Assembly (NCBI GenBank): GCA_046596405.1
Contig: JBKJMN010000132.1
Coordinates: 1-59,837 of the forward strand
From: Burkholderiales bacterium
GTDB taxonomy: Bacteria > Pseudomonadota > Gammaproteobacteria > Burkholderiales > SG8-41
Length of the DNA stretch: 59,837 nt
Reading direction: 5' to 3'
Position 1 is the stretch's first letter, and each line of letters opens with the position of its first letter. The translations under genes and the position numbers were made by a program. The notes beneath the pieces are model-generated. The model had not been told where the DNA came from and made no database searches. It saw only the letters and a list, made by a program, of their open reading frames with translations. Shown here piece after piece: positions 20,127 through 30,187 of this stretch.

Positions 20127-21854
20127 CTACGCGTTCAGGCGCCCGAGCATAGCGCGCAGGCGGTCGGGGTCGTCGGCGCGCAGCATCCTGCTCACCTGCG
20201 GCACGATGTCGCGCAGCTTGGACTTGAGAACCCGCTGCTTGACTTCGAGCAGGCGTGCCGGATGCATCGACAGCTGGCGCAACCCGAACCCGAGCAAGAG
20301 CCGCGTGAGTTGCACGTCGCCCGCCATCTCGCCGCACAGCGCGATCGGCTTGCCGGCCTTGTTGCATGATTTGATGATGTGCGCGACGAGATTCAACACT
20401 GCCGGATGCAGCGGATCGTACAGGTGCGATACGGTGTCGTCAGTACGGTCGATTGCGAGCGTGTATTGAATGAGATCGTTGGTGCCGATCGACAGGAAAT
20501 CGAGGCGGTTGATGAATGTATTTATCGCCAGCGCCGCCGCGGGGATTTCTATCATGCCCCCGATTTCGACCCTGCGGTCGAACGGAATGAAGCGATCCTC
20601 GAGGCTTTTCTTCGCCTGCGCGACGTAGCCGAGCGCCTGCGTGATCTCCGGTGTGCTCATCAGCATCGGAATCAGGATCTTGAGCTTGCCGTAGTGAGAG
20701 GCGCGCAGCATCGCGCGCAGCTGGGCCAGAAACATTTGCGGCTCGGTCAGCGACAGCCTGATTGCGCGCAGCCCCAGCGCCGGGTTGGTGCCGGTCGAGA
20801 CCGCGCCGTTGATCTGCTTGTCGGCGCCCAGATCGTAGGTGCGGATAGTGACCGGCAACCCGTCCATTTCGCGCACGACCCGCCGGTAGGCCTCGAACTG
20901 TTCATCCTCGTCGGGCAGATTGTCGCGATTCAGGAACAGGAATTCCGTGCGGAAGAGGCCGATACCGGTCGCGCCATTTTCGCGCGCGCCCTTGATGTCG
21001 TCCGGCAATTCGATGTTTGCGTGCAGCTCAATCTCGACCTCGTCGAGGGTGGTGGCGCGGGTGTCGCGCAGGCGCTTCAATTTCTGGCGCTCGAGTTCCC
21101 ATTGATGCTGGCGCAGCTTGTACTCAGCGAGCGCCTGCGGGTCCGGATCGACGATGATCACGCCCTGCGTGCCGTCGACGATGATGAGCTCGTTTTCGCG
21201 GATCAGCTGGCGCGCATGGTGCAGCGCGACGATCGACGGAATATTAAGGCTGCGCGCGACGATCGCCGTGTGCGACGTGGTGCCGCCCAGATCGGTGATG
21301 AAACTCGCGAACTGGTGCTGCTTGAACTGGATCACGTCAGCCGGCGACAGGTCGTGCGCGACCATGATCAGGTTTTGCTCGTCGCCGGCGTGGGTCGGCG
21401 GCGCGTAGCCAGGTTGTCCGAACAGCACCTTCATCAGGCGCTCGACGACCTGGATCACGTCGGCCTTGCGCTCGCGCAGATAGCCGTCTTCGATTTGATC
21501 GAACTGGTCGAGCAGCGCGTCCATCTGCACTTTGAGCGCCCATTCCGCATTGCATTGCTCGGCTTTGATGATATCGCGCGGCGCTTTCGCCAGCGTCGCA
21601 TCGTTCAATATCATCAGGTGCAGGTTCAGAAAGGCGTCGAATTCCTGTGGCGCACTGGCGGGAATCTGGGTCCGCAACTGCTCGAGCTCGGCGCGCACGG
21701 TCTGCAGCGCCGTGTCGAACCGCGCCACCTCCTCGCCGACCTGCTGCTGCGGGATTGCGTAATGCGCGACTTCGAGCCGGGCATGGGAGACCAGGTGCGC
21801 GTGACCGATGGCGATGCCACCGGACACCGGAATGCCGTGCATGGTGAAGCTCAC
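20127..21854 (-). CDS. ptsI: Phosphoenolpyruvate-protein phosphotransferase (PTS enzyme I, no GAF domain)
   Basis: 575 codons. GGTTSHTAIVARSLNIP (phospho-His region), GLFRTEFLF, SIGTNDLIQY. GTG start at 21854, with an alternative ATG four codons in. Confidence 0.93.
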   Translation of the reverse strand: MSFTMHGIPVSGGIAIGHAHLVSHARLEVAHYAIPQQQVGEEVARFDTALQTVRAELEQLRTQIPASAPQEFDAFLNLHLMILNDATLAKAPRDIIKAEQCNAEWALKVQMDALLDQFDQIEDGYLRERKADVIQVVERLMKVLFGQPGYAPPTHAGDEQNLIMVAHDLSPADVIQFKQHQFASFITDLGGTTSHTAIVARSLNIPSIVALHHARQLIRENELIIVDGTQGVIIVDPDPQALAEYKLRQHQWELERQKLKRLRDTRATTLDEVEIELHANIELPDDIKGARENGATGIGLFRTEFLFLNRDNLPDEDEQFEAYRRVVREMDGLPVTIRTYDLGADKQINGAVSTGTNPALGLRAIRLSLTEPQMFLAQLRAMLRASHYGKLKILIPMLMSTPEITQALGYVAQAKKSLEDRFIPFDRRVEIGGMIEIPAAALAINTFINRLDFLSIGTNDLIQYTLAIDRTDDTVSHLYDPLHPAVLNLVAHIIKSCNKAGKPIALCGEMAGDVQLTRLLLGFGLRQLSMHPARLLEVKQRVLKSKLRDIVPQVSRMLRADDPDRLRAMLGRLNA

Positions 21855-21872
21855 GAGGCTTTCACCCTCGTT

Positions 21873-21964
21873 AAGGATGAGGGATGAAGGATGAAGGATG
21901 AAGTAAGGCTAGCGCTCGCAAGGGCTGCCATGCATTCATCCTTCATCCTTCCGCCTTCATCCTT
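21873..21964. repeat. Heptamer-built imperfect inverted repeat at the ptsH|ptsI junction
   Basis: Arm 21873-21903 is AAGGATG AGGGATG AAGGATG AAGGATG AAG. Arm 21934-21964 is ATTCATC CTTCATC CTTCCGC CTTCATC CTT. 27 of 31 positions are complementary, with a 30-nt spacer. Confidence 0.9.
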
Positions 21965-21966
21965 GA

Positions 21967-22236
21967 TTACTCCCCTTCTCCAAAATAATCGGCAATCAGC
22001 CCGGTGAGCGCCTTCATCGCGGCTTCTTCATCGGGTCCGTCGGTCTCGATATTGATGGTCGTGCCCTTGGCCGCAGCCAGCATCATGACGCCCATGATGC
22101 TTTTGGCGTTGACGCGTTTGCCGTTGCGCGCGACCCAGATTTCGCTCGCGAACTGGCCGGCGAGCTGGGTCAACTTGGCCGACGCGCGAGCGTGCAGGCC
22201 GAGCTTGTTGATGATCTCAGCTTCCCGTTGCAGCAT
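21967..22236 (-). CDS. ptsH: Phosphocarrier protein HPr
   Basis: 89 codons. His15 in GLHARA and Ser46 in AKSIMGVM are both present. Confidence 0.93.
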   Translation of the reverse strand: MLQREAEIINKLGLHARASAKLTQLAGQFASEIWVARNGKRVNAKSIMGVMMLAAAKGTTINIETDGPDEEAAMKALTGLIADYFGEGE

Positions 22237-22633
22237 TGTGAAGTTTGAACACGGGTACGCGTATCACGCCTTCACAACCGCCGCTGATCGCTTTGGTCAC
22301 GATGGTTTGCAGATCGCGGTCGCGGTAAGTAAGCACCCGGATCAGCATCGGCAGGCTCACGCCGGCGACGGCTTCGACTTTGCCCGGCGCCACCAGCTTG
22401 GATGCGAGGTTGCTCGGGGTGCCGCCATACATGTCGGAAAGAATCAGCACGCCGGCGCCTTCGTCGAGCTCCTTGACGAGGGCGCGCGCCTGCGGGAGCA
22501 GCAGCGCGGGATCATCCTGCGCGGTGACGCCAAGCTGCTTCAGCCGCGGCGGCCGTTTGTTGAGGACATGGCTCGCGCAGTGAATCAGGCTTTCGCCGAG
22601 CGTGCCGTGGGTGATGATCAGGATGCCTATCAT
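22217..22633 (-). CDS. PTS EIIA component, mannose/fructose family
   Basis: MIGILIITHG (phospho-His10 context). 138 codons. 20-nt overlap with ptsH. No EIIB/EIIC/EIID in the window. Confidence 0.85.
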   Translation of the reverse strand: MIGILIITHGTLGESLIHCASHVLNKRPPRLKQLGVTAQDDPALLLPQARALVKELDEGAGVLILSDMYGGTPSNLASKLVAPGKVEAVAGVSLPMLIRVLTYRDRDLQTIVTKAISGGCEGVIRVPVFKLHNAATGS

Positions 22634-22718
22634 GCGATATCGGGCGTGCGCATTGGAGGAGCGAAATTATACTACGCGGGCACGCGCGACCGGCGGCGCG
22701 GCCGCCAATGATCGTCGC

Positions 22719-23663
22719 TCAGCGCTCGACGGCGTGCTCGAGCGCGTCGAGCATCATGCCGGCGACGTTGAAGCCGCTCTGCTCGGTGATTTCCTGAAAA
22801 CAGGTCGGGCTCGTCACGTTGACTTCAGTCAGATAATCGCCGATCACGTCGAGTCCGACCAGGAGCAGCCCCTGCGCGTGCAGCAGCGGGCCCAACGCCT
22901 CCGCGATTTCGCGGTCGCGCGGCGTCAATTCACGCGCCACGCCGGTTCCGCCGGCCGCGAGATTGCCGCGCGTCTCGCCGGCTTTGGGAATGCGCGCCAA
23001 CACGTACGGCACGGGTTTGCCGGCGATCAGCAGGACGCGCTTGTCGCCGTCGGCGATCGCCGGAATGTAGCGCTGCGCCATGATGGTGCGCCGCCCGTAA
23101 TGCGTGACGGTCTCGATGATCACGTTCAGATTGGGATCCCGGGCGTGCACGCGGAAAACCGACGTGCCGCCCATGCCGTCGAGCGGCTTCAGAATGATGT
23201 CGCCGTGCGCGGCGAGAAATTCGTGGATTAAATGCGCGTGCCGCGTGACCATGCTCGGCGCGGTGAACTGCGGAAAGCGCGCTATCGTCAACTTCTCGTT
23301 GCAGTCGCGAATGGCGCGCGGATTGTTGAAGACGCGCGCGCCCTGTTCCTGCGCGATTTCGAGCAGATAGGTGCTGTAGACGTATTCCATGTCGAACGGC
23401 GGGTCTTTGCGCATCACGACCGCGTCGAAGTCCTTGAGCGCGATGGCCCGGGTCGCTTCGCTGCAATACCACGCTAGCGGGTCGCCAGTCAGCTGCAGCC
23501 CTTGTGCATGGCCGATGACCGCGCCCGCGTGCCATACGACATCTTCCTGCTGCAGCGTATAAAGCTGGTGATTGCGCGCCGCGGCTTCGCGCATCATCGC
23601 GAACGTCGAATCCTTGTAAATCTTGAAGTCGTCGAGCGGGTCGACGATGAAAGCGATCTTCAT
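22719..23663 (-). CDS. gshB: Glutathione synthetase
   Basis: MKIAFIVDPLDDFKIYKDSTFAMM... ATP-grasp GshB. Trimmed from the track GTG at 23699 to the conserved ATG at 23663. Confidence 0.92.
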   Translation of the reverse strand: MKIAFIVDPLDDFKIYKDSTFAMMREAAARNHQLYTLQQEDVVWHAGAVIGHAQGLQLTGDPLAWYCSEATRAIALKDFDAVVMRKDPPFDMEYVYSTYLLEIAQEQGARVFNNPRAIRDCNEKLTIARFPQFTAPSMVTRHAHLIHEFLAAHGDIILKPLDGMGGTSVFRVHARDPNLNVIIETVTHYGRRTIMAQRYIPAIADGDKRVLLIAGKPVPYVLARIPKAGETRGNLAAGGTGVARELTPRDREIAEALGPLLHAQGLLLVGLDVIGDYLTEVNVTSPTCFQEITEQSGFNVAGMMLDALEHAVER

Positions 23664-23682
23664 GCGCGCGGCGCTTAGTAGA

Positions 23683-25002
23683 TCAGGCGCCGGCGGCACG
23701 CGCTGAAGTGAGCGGCGTGACGGCCGCCGCCTGTTCGGTCCGCTCGAGCTCGATGGCCGCGGCCACCAGTGCCAGGCGCGCGATCACGCCGTAAGCGTAA
23801 AAACGGTTGGGCGGGCAATCCGGGTCGTCGAGATCGGGGGAGTAACACGGCTTCTCGAAGGCCAGCGGCACGAATTGCATGCCGGGGGCGTTCAGGCTCT
23901 GGTCCTGGCCGCGGCTCGAGTGCACGCGATAAAAACCGCCAACGACGAAATGATCGATCATGTAAACGACCGGCTCGGCAACCGCGGCGTTGACCATTTC
24001 AAAGCTGTAGACGCCTTCCTGCACCAGCACTTCGTGCACTTCGAGGCCTTCCTTGACCACCGCCATCTTGTTGCGCTGCTTGCGATTGAGCCCGCGCACT
24101 TCCGACGGGTCCTTGACCGTCATGATGCCCATGCCGTACGTGCCTGCATCGGCTTTGACGATCACGAACGGCTCCTGCTTGATGCCGTATTCGACATACT
24201 TGGCGCGGATATCAGTGAGTATTTCCGACACATAGCCTTCGAGGCATTCCTCGCCCTTGCGCTCGTGGAAATTGATCCGGCCGCATTTTTCGAAATACGG
24301 GTTGATCGCCCACGGATCGATGCCCAGCAATTGCGCGAACTCCGTGGCGACTTCCTTGTACACCGCGAAGTGGTTGGACTTGCGGCGCACGTACCAGCCC
24401 GCCTGGAGCGGCGGCAGTACGATTTGTTCGAGATTTTTGAGAATCTCCGGCAGACCCGCCGACAGGTCGTTGTTAAGCAGGACCACGCACGGATCGAACC
24501 CGTCGATGGAAATGCGGTTGCCGTTGCGCTCGATGGGTTCGAGCGTGAGCTTGCCGCCGTCCGGCAGCACGATGTCGGCGGGGGCCGTCACTTCCGGCAG
24601 CAGCGTGCCGATGCGCACTATCATGCCGGCGTGACGCAGAATTCTCTGCAGCGCCGCCACGTTTTGCAGGTAGAAGGTATTGCGCGTGTGATTCTCGGGA
24701 ATCAGCAGCACGCCGCGCGCGTCGGGGCAGATTTTTTCCACCGCCGCCATCGTGGCCTGCACGCACAGCGCGTCGAATTCGGCGTTCAGGTTGTTGAAAC
24801 CGCCGGGATAAAGATTGGTGTCGACGGGAGCGAGCTTGAATCCGCTGTTGCGCAAATCGACCGATGCATAGAACGGCGAAGCATGTTCCTGCCATTGGTT
24901 GCGAAACCAGTGCTCGATGTCGGGCATCGCTTTGAGGATGCTGCGTTCGAGATCGAGCAACGGGCCGGTCAGGGCCGTGGTCAGGTGCGGAACGGTGGTC
25001 AT
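23683..25002 (-). CDS. gshA: Glutamate-cysteine ligase (short betaproteobacterial type)
   Basis: 439 codons. FYASVDLRNSGFKLAPVDTNLYPGGFNNL matches my recollection of the TIGR02049-type GshA. Sits directly upstream of gshB. Confidence 0.85.
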   Translation of the reverse strand: MTTVPHLTTALTGPLLDLERSILKAMPDIEHWFRNQWQEHASPFYASVDLRNSGFKLAPVDTNLYPGGFNNLNAEFDALCVQATMAAVEKICPDARGVLLIPENHTRNTFYLQNVAALQRILRHAGMIVRIGTLLPEVTAPADIVLPDGGKLTLEPIERNGNRISIDGFDPCVVLLNNDLSAGLPEILKNLEQIVLPPLQAGWYVRRKSNHFAVYKEVATEFAQLLGIDPWAINPYFEKCGRINFHERKGEECLEGYVSEILTDIRAKYVEYGIKQEPFVIVKADAGTYGMGIMTVKDPSEVRGLNRKQRNKMAVVKEGLEVHEVLVQEGVYSFEMVNAAVAEPVVYMIDHFVVGGFYRVHSSRGQDQSLNAPGMQFVPLAFEKPCYSPDLDDPDCPPNRFYAYGVIARLALVAAAIELERTEQAAAVTPLTSARAAGA

Positions 25003-25029
25003 GTCAGCTCGCAGCTTTGCCGGGCGGGT

Positions 25030-25038
25030 ATTGTAGCA
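25030..25038 (-). promoter_or_regulatory. Candidate extended -10 element for gshA-gshB
   Basis: The reverse strand reads TGCTACAAT, 27 nt upstream of the gshA ATG and downstream of the amtB terminator. Confidence 0.35.
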
Positions 25039-25108
25039 AACCGGCGTGGCCTATCCGCGCGTGCCGTTATTGCCCGCGAACCGCGGCGGCGCGAGTCTGG
25101 CGGCACCC

Positions 25109-25137
25109 AAAAAAAATGGGCGCCCGCAGGCGCCCAT
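25109..25137 (-). terminator. Rho-independent terminator of the glnK-amtB operon
   Basis: Reverse strand: ATGGGCGCC tgcg GGCGCCCAT followed by seven more T. Lies 20 nt after the amtB stop. Confidence 0.85.
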
Positions 25138-25156
25138 CCTCTTGGAGCTGATTGCC

Positions 25157-26680
25157 TTACATGTGATACGCAGACTCGCCGTGCTCGTTGATGTCGAGTC
25201 CTTCGCGTTCCACTTCTTCGGTCGCGCGCAGCCCGACGATGATGTCGGCGATCTTGAACGCGATGAATGCGACCACCGCGGTCCAGATCACAGTCACGCC
25301 GACGGCTTTAGCCTGGATCAGGAGTTGATCCATGATCGGGTTGGAGCCGACTTTGGCCGTGACCCAGTCGGTGACCAGACCCGGTCCGCCGAGCTCCTGC
25401 GAATTGAACACGCCGGTGGCGAGCGCGCCAAAGATACCGCCAAGCGCGTGCACGCCGAACACGTCGAGCGCGTCGTCCGCATTCAGCATTTTCTTCAGGC
25501 CGTTGACGCCCCACAGGCACAGCGGGCCGACGAGCAGACCGATGGCGAACGCACCCGGGATGCCAACGTTGCCGGCGGCCGGCGTGATCGCCACGAGACC
25601 GGCGACAGCGCCGGAAGCCGCACCCAGCATCGACGGTTTGCCCTTGAACATCCACTCGGCGAACATCCAGGACAGTACCGCGCAAGCGGTCGCCAGGAAG
25701 GTGTTCATGAAAGCGAGCGCGGCGGAGCCGTTTGCTTCGAGCGCGGACCCCGCGTTGAAGCCGAACCAGCCGAACCACAGCATCGCAGCGCCGATCATCG
25801 TCATCGTGAGGTTGTGCGGCGACATGGCTTCTTTGCCGTAGCCGATGCGTTTGCCGAGCATGTAAGCACCGACCAGACCCGCGACGCCGGCATTGATGTG
25901 AACGACCGTGCCGCCCGCGAAGTCAAGCGCGCCCCATTGCCAGATCAAACCGGCTTTGGCGTTCAATTCATCGACGAGCTTGGGATCGGTATAGGCATCG
26001 GGACCCATCCAGAACCAGACCATGTGGGCCATCGGCGCGTAGGCGAACGTGAACCAGATCACCATGAATATGAGCACCGCGGAAAACTTCATGCGCTCGG
26101 CCACTGCGCCCAGGATCAGACAGCAGGTGATCGCGGCAAAGGTCGCCTGGAACGCGACGAACACGAGCTCGTACATCGGCGTGGCTTTGCTGAAAGTCGC
26201 GGCCATCGCGAATTCGCCCTTCATCGGGTCGAAGGTGCCTTTCAGGAACAGCCGGTCGAAGCCGCCGAAAAAGGCATTGCCTTCGGTGAACGCGAGGCTA
26301 TACCCGTAGACGCACCAGAGCACGGTGATCAGCGAGAAAGTGACGAACACCTGCATCAGCATCGACAGCATATTCTTGCTGCGCACGAGGCCGCCGTAAA
26401 AGAGCGCCAGTGCGGGCACGCTCATCAACAGCACCAATGCGGTCGAGGTCAGCATCCATGCGGTGTCGCCCTTGTTCGGGGTCGGCGCGGGAGCCGCCGT
26501 TGCGGCGGGGGCCGCAGTAGCAGAGGCGGCGGCCGGTGCCGGGGCAGCCGCTTTCTTCTCATCGGCTTTGGGCGCTTCAGCAGCGGGCTTGTCCGCTGCC
26601 TTATCCTGCGCGACGACAGGCATGGCGGTGCCGAAACAGAAGGCGCCGGCCAGCGCGAGTACGGATAATAGACGTTTCAT
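25157..26680 (-). CDS. amtB: Ammonium transporter with signal peptide and an Ala/Pro/Lys-rich N-terminal linker
   Basis: Amt/MEP core (DFAGGTVVHINAG..., FGVHALGGIFGAL). Trimmed to ATG at 26680 (MKRLLSVLALAG...), 13 nt after the glnK stop. Confidence 0.92.
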   Translation of the reverse strand: MKRLLSVLALAGAFCFGTAMPVVAQDKAADKPAAEAPKADEKKAAAPAPAAASATAAPAATAAPAPTPNKGDTAWMLTSTALVLLMSVPALALFYGGLVRSKNMLSMLMQVFVTFSLITVLWCVYGYSLAFTEGNAFFGGFDRLFLKGTFDPMKGEFAMAATFSKATPMYELVFVAFQATFAAITCCLILGAVAERMKFSAVLIFMVIWFTFAYAPMAHMVWFWMGPDAYTDPKLVDELNAKAGLIWQWGALDFAGGTVVHINAGVAGLVGAYMLGKRIGYGKEAMSPHNLTMTMIGAAMLWFGWFGFNAGSALEANGSAALAFMNTFLATACAVLSWMFAEWMFKGKPSMLGAASGAVAGLVAITPAAGNVGIPGAFAIGLLVGPLCLWGVNGLKKMLNADDALDVFGVHALGGIFGALATGVFNSQELGGPGLVTDWVTAKVGSNPIMDQLLIQAKAVGVTVIWTAVVAFIAFKIADIIVGLRATEEVEREGLDINEHGESAYHM

Positions 26681-26693
26681 TTTTTGGTTCTCC

Positions 26694-27976
<1,283 letters not shown>

Positions 27977-28010
27977 TTGTTAGAATTAGATCGACTTACG
28001 GACCGGCTAT

Positions 28011-28027
28011 CAGCAGGTATCGTGCCA
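28011..28027 (-). promoter_or_regulatory. Sigma-54 (-24/-12) promoter for the porin-glnK-amtB operon
   Basis: The reverse strand reads TGGCACgatacCTGCTg, with GG and GC at the canonical spacing of TGGCAC-N5-TTGCW. Lies about 35-50 nt upstream of the porin start. Confidence 0.7.
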
Positions 28028-28120
28028 GTCCGTAACCCTTTGAAAAATATAGTACAACTGCCATAAATACGCGATCGAACCAATCTTTTGTGCACTGGCA
28101 TGAGGCGTGCCCGAGTGGTC

Positions 28121-28137
28121 TGCACCAGCATGGTGCG
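28121..28137. promoter_or_regulatory. NtrC-type upstream activator site
   Basis: TGCACCAGCATGGTGCG matches TGCACC-N5-GGTGCA at 11 of 12 half-site positions. Lies about 100 nt upstream of the sigma-54 promoter, with an A/T-rich tract between them. Confidence 0.65.
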
Positions 28138-28250
28138 ACCCAGCCTGAGCGCCTATGCCAGATTTTTATCGCCGCTAGGCTGCCGCGACAGTTCCGCAGC
28201 GCCGCGACGTTAAATATAAAATGAACGCGATCACCTACCAGGAGCGGCCA

Positions 28251-28490
28251 ATGCTCAGTCAGCAACAGATCGATGAGTTCAGCGCCAAAGTCAGGGAATT
28301 GCTCGCGAAGACACCGGCGCGGGACATCGAAACCAATATGCGGGCGATGCTGACCTCGATGTTCGCGCGGCTCGATCTCGTTACGCGGCATGAGTTCGAT
28401 ATTCAGACCGAACTGCTCGCGCGCACGCGCGACAAGCTCGCCTCGCTCGAGGCGAAACTCGCGGCACTGGAAGACAATCAGAAACTCTGA
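28251..28490 (+). CDS. ubiK: Ubiquinone biosynthesis accessory factor UbiK (YqiC/BMFP family)
   Basis: RLDLVTRHEFDIQTELLARTRDKLASLEAKL aligns with E. coli UbiK [24 protein letters not shown]. Start set at ATG 28251 (AGGAG 6 nt upstream). The track ORF starts at 28221. Confidence 0.85.
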   Translation: MLSQQQIDEFSAKVRELLAKTPARDIETNMRAMLTSMFARLDLVTRHEFDIQTELLARTRDKLASLEAKLAALEDNQKL

Positions 28491-28633
28491 CGCCGCCATC
28501 GCGGGCGGCACTTCCGTGACGTTCGGGCAGTAGAGAAAGCCCGGCACTATGACTAAAGGCCTACGTACTGGCGGCGGCGCCGGGCGTTAATCGCTTATCC
28601 CAACTGCATACCCGGGTGAACCGCCGGGCGCCG

Positions 28634-30130
28634 ATGTCGCTTGCCGTGTTGTACAGCCGTTCGCTGGCCGGGATGGAGGCGCCGCTCGTGACGGTCGAAG
28701 TCCACCTCGCGAACGGCTTGCCGAGTTTCACGATCGTCGGCTTGCCGGAAGCGGAAGTAAAAGAAGCGAAAGACCGCGTGCGCGCCGCCTTGCAAAACGC
28801 GCGCTTCGAATTTCCGGCGCGGCGGATCACGGTCAATCTCGCGCCCGCCGACTTGCCGAAAGAAAGTGGTCGCTTCGATTTGCCGATCGCGCTGGGCATT
28901 CTTGCGGCATCGAGTCAGTTGCCCGCCGAGCGGCTTGCAGAATACGAATTCGCGGGCGAACTCGCGTTGACGGGCGAATTGCGGCCGATCCGCGGTTCGC
29001 TTGCGATGATGTACGGGGCGAGCCGCGACGGGCGCGCCTTCGTGGTGCCCGCGCAAAATGCGCCCGAGGCGGCGCTGGTCGAGGGCGCACGGGTTTATGC
29101 CGCGCGTAACCTGCTCGAAGTTTGCGCGCACCTTGCGGATCGCGAACCGCTCGCGTTGTGCCGCGAGGGGCCGGTGGCGGTGCACGACCCGTTGCCTGAT
29201 CTCGCCGACGTCAAAGGGCAGGCGCACGCCAAGCGCGCGCTGGAAGTGGCGGCGGCGGGCGGGCACAGCCTTATCATGGTGGGACCGCCCGGCGCGGGCA
29301 AGACGATGCTTGCCACTCGACTCCCCGGCATCCTGCCGCCGATGACGCAGGACGAGGCGCTGCAGGCGGCGGCGATCCAGTCGCTCGGCAGCGCCGGCTT
29401 CGATTTGCGCAACTGGCGGCGGCGGCCTTTTCGCGCGCCGCATCACACGGCGTCGGGGGTCGCGCTCGCCGGCGGCGGCAGCAATCCGCGGCCCGGCGAA
29501 ATCTCGCTCGCCATGCATGGCGTGCTGTTTCTCGATGAGTTGCCTGAATTTCATCGCAGCGTGCTCGAAGTGTTGCGCCAGCCGCTTGAATCGGGCCGTA
29601 TCACCGTATCGCGCGCGGCGCGGCAGGCGGAGTTTCCCGCCCAGTTTCAATTCATTGCGGCGATGAATCCGTGTCCCTGCGGCTACCTCGGCCACTACGC
29701 CGCAAGGTGCCGCTGCACGCCCGATCAGGTCGCGCGTTACCGCGGCAGGATCTCGGGACCACTGGTCGACCGCATCGATTTGCAGATTGAAGTGCCGGCG
29801 GTGGCCGAACAGGATCTCGTGCGGGCAGCGGGCGGCGAGCCGAGCGCCGTCGTACGCGCGCGCGTGGAAGCTGCGGCGAGGCGTCAACTCGAGCGCCAAC
29901 ATAAACCGAACGCCAAATTGTCGACGCGCGAAATCGACGACATTTGCGTGCCCGACGCGGCCGGCGCCGCGCTGCTCAAGCAAGCGATCAGCCGACTGGG
30001 GCTGACTGCGCGCGCCTATCACCGCGTATTGAAAGTCGCGCGCACGATTGCCGATCTCGCCGATGCGCGTTTAATCGCGAGCGCGCACATCGCGGAGGCG
30101 ATCCAGTTTCGGCGCTTCGATCGCAGCTAA
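28634..30130 (+). CDS. yifB: YifB/ComM family Mg-chelatase-like AAA+ ATPase
   Basis: MSLAVLYSRSL..., Lon-protease-like N-domain, Walker A GPPGAGKT, Cys cluster CPCGY...CRC. Confidence 0.9.
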   Translation: MSLAVLYSRSLAGMEAPLVTVEVHLANGLPSFTIVGLPEAEVKEAKDRVRAALQNARFEFPARRITVNLAPADLPKESGRFDLPIALGILAASSQLPAERLAEYEFAGELALTGELRPIRGSLAMMYGASRDGRAFVVPAQNAPEAALVEGARVYAARNLLEVCAHLADREPLALCREGPVAVHDPLPDLADVKGQAHAKRALEVAAAGGHSLIMVGPPGAGKTMLATRLPGILPPMTQDEALQAAAIQSLGSAGFDLRNWRRRPFRAPHHTASGVALAGGGSNPRPGEISLAMHGVLFLDELPEFHRSVLEVLRQPLESGRITVSRAARQAEFPAQFQFIAAMNPCPCGYLGHYAARCRCTPDQVARYRGRISGPLVDRIDLQIEVPAVAEQDLVRAAGGEPSAVVRARVEAAARRQLERQHKPNAKLSTREIDDICVPDAAGAALLKQAISRLGLTARAYHRVLKVARTIADLADARLIASAHIAEAIQFRRFDRS

Positions 30131-30187
30131 AAACGCCGCTCGACGCGACTATAATCGGCGGATGTCGCAGCCCTTGCGTGCCCGCTG

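Noticed and set aside
21873-21964. The heptamer arrays as a CRISPR array or as coding tandem repeats.
   Set aside because: The units are 7 nt with no unique spacers, there are no cas genes, and the arrays lie between stop and start codons (except one arm in rlpA).
22634-22718. A promoter for the EIIA-ptsH-ptsI unit based on a reverse-strand TATAAT at 22670-22665.
   Set aside because: There is no acceptable -35 at 16-19 nt spacing. The hexamer alone in an 85-nt gap is too weak, so read-through from gshB cannot be excluded.
27996-28547. A 183-codon minus-strand ORF covering the porin promoter region and the whole of ubiK in antisense.
   Set aside because: It overlaps a gene with a convincing E. 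coli UbiK alignment and the sigma-54/NtrC control region. It has no motifs, and its start has no SD.
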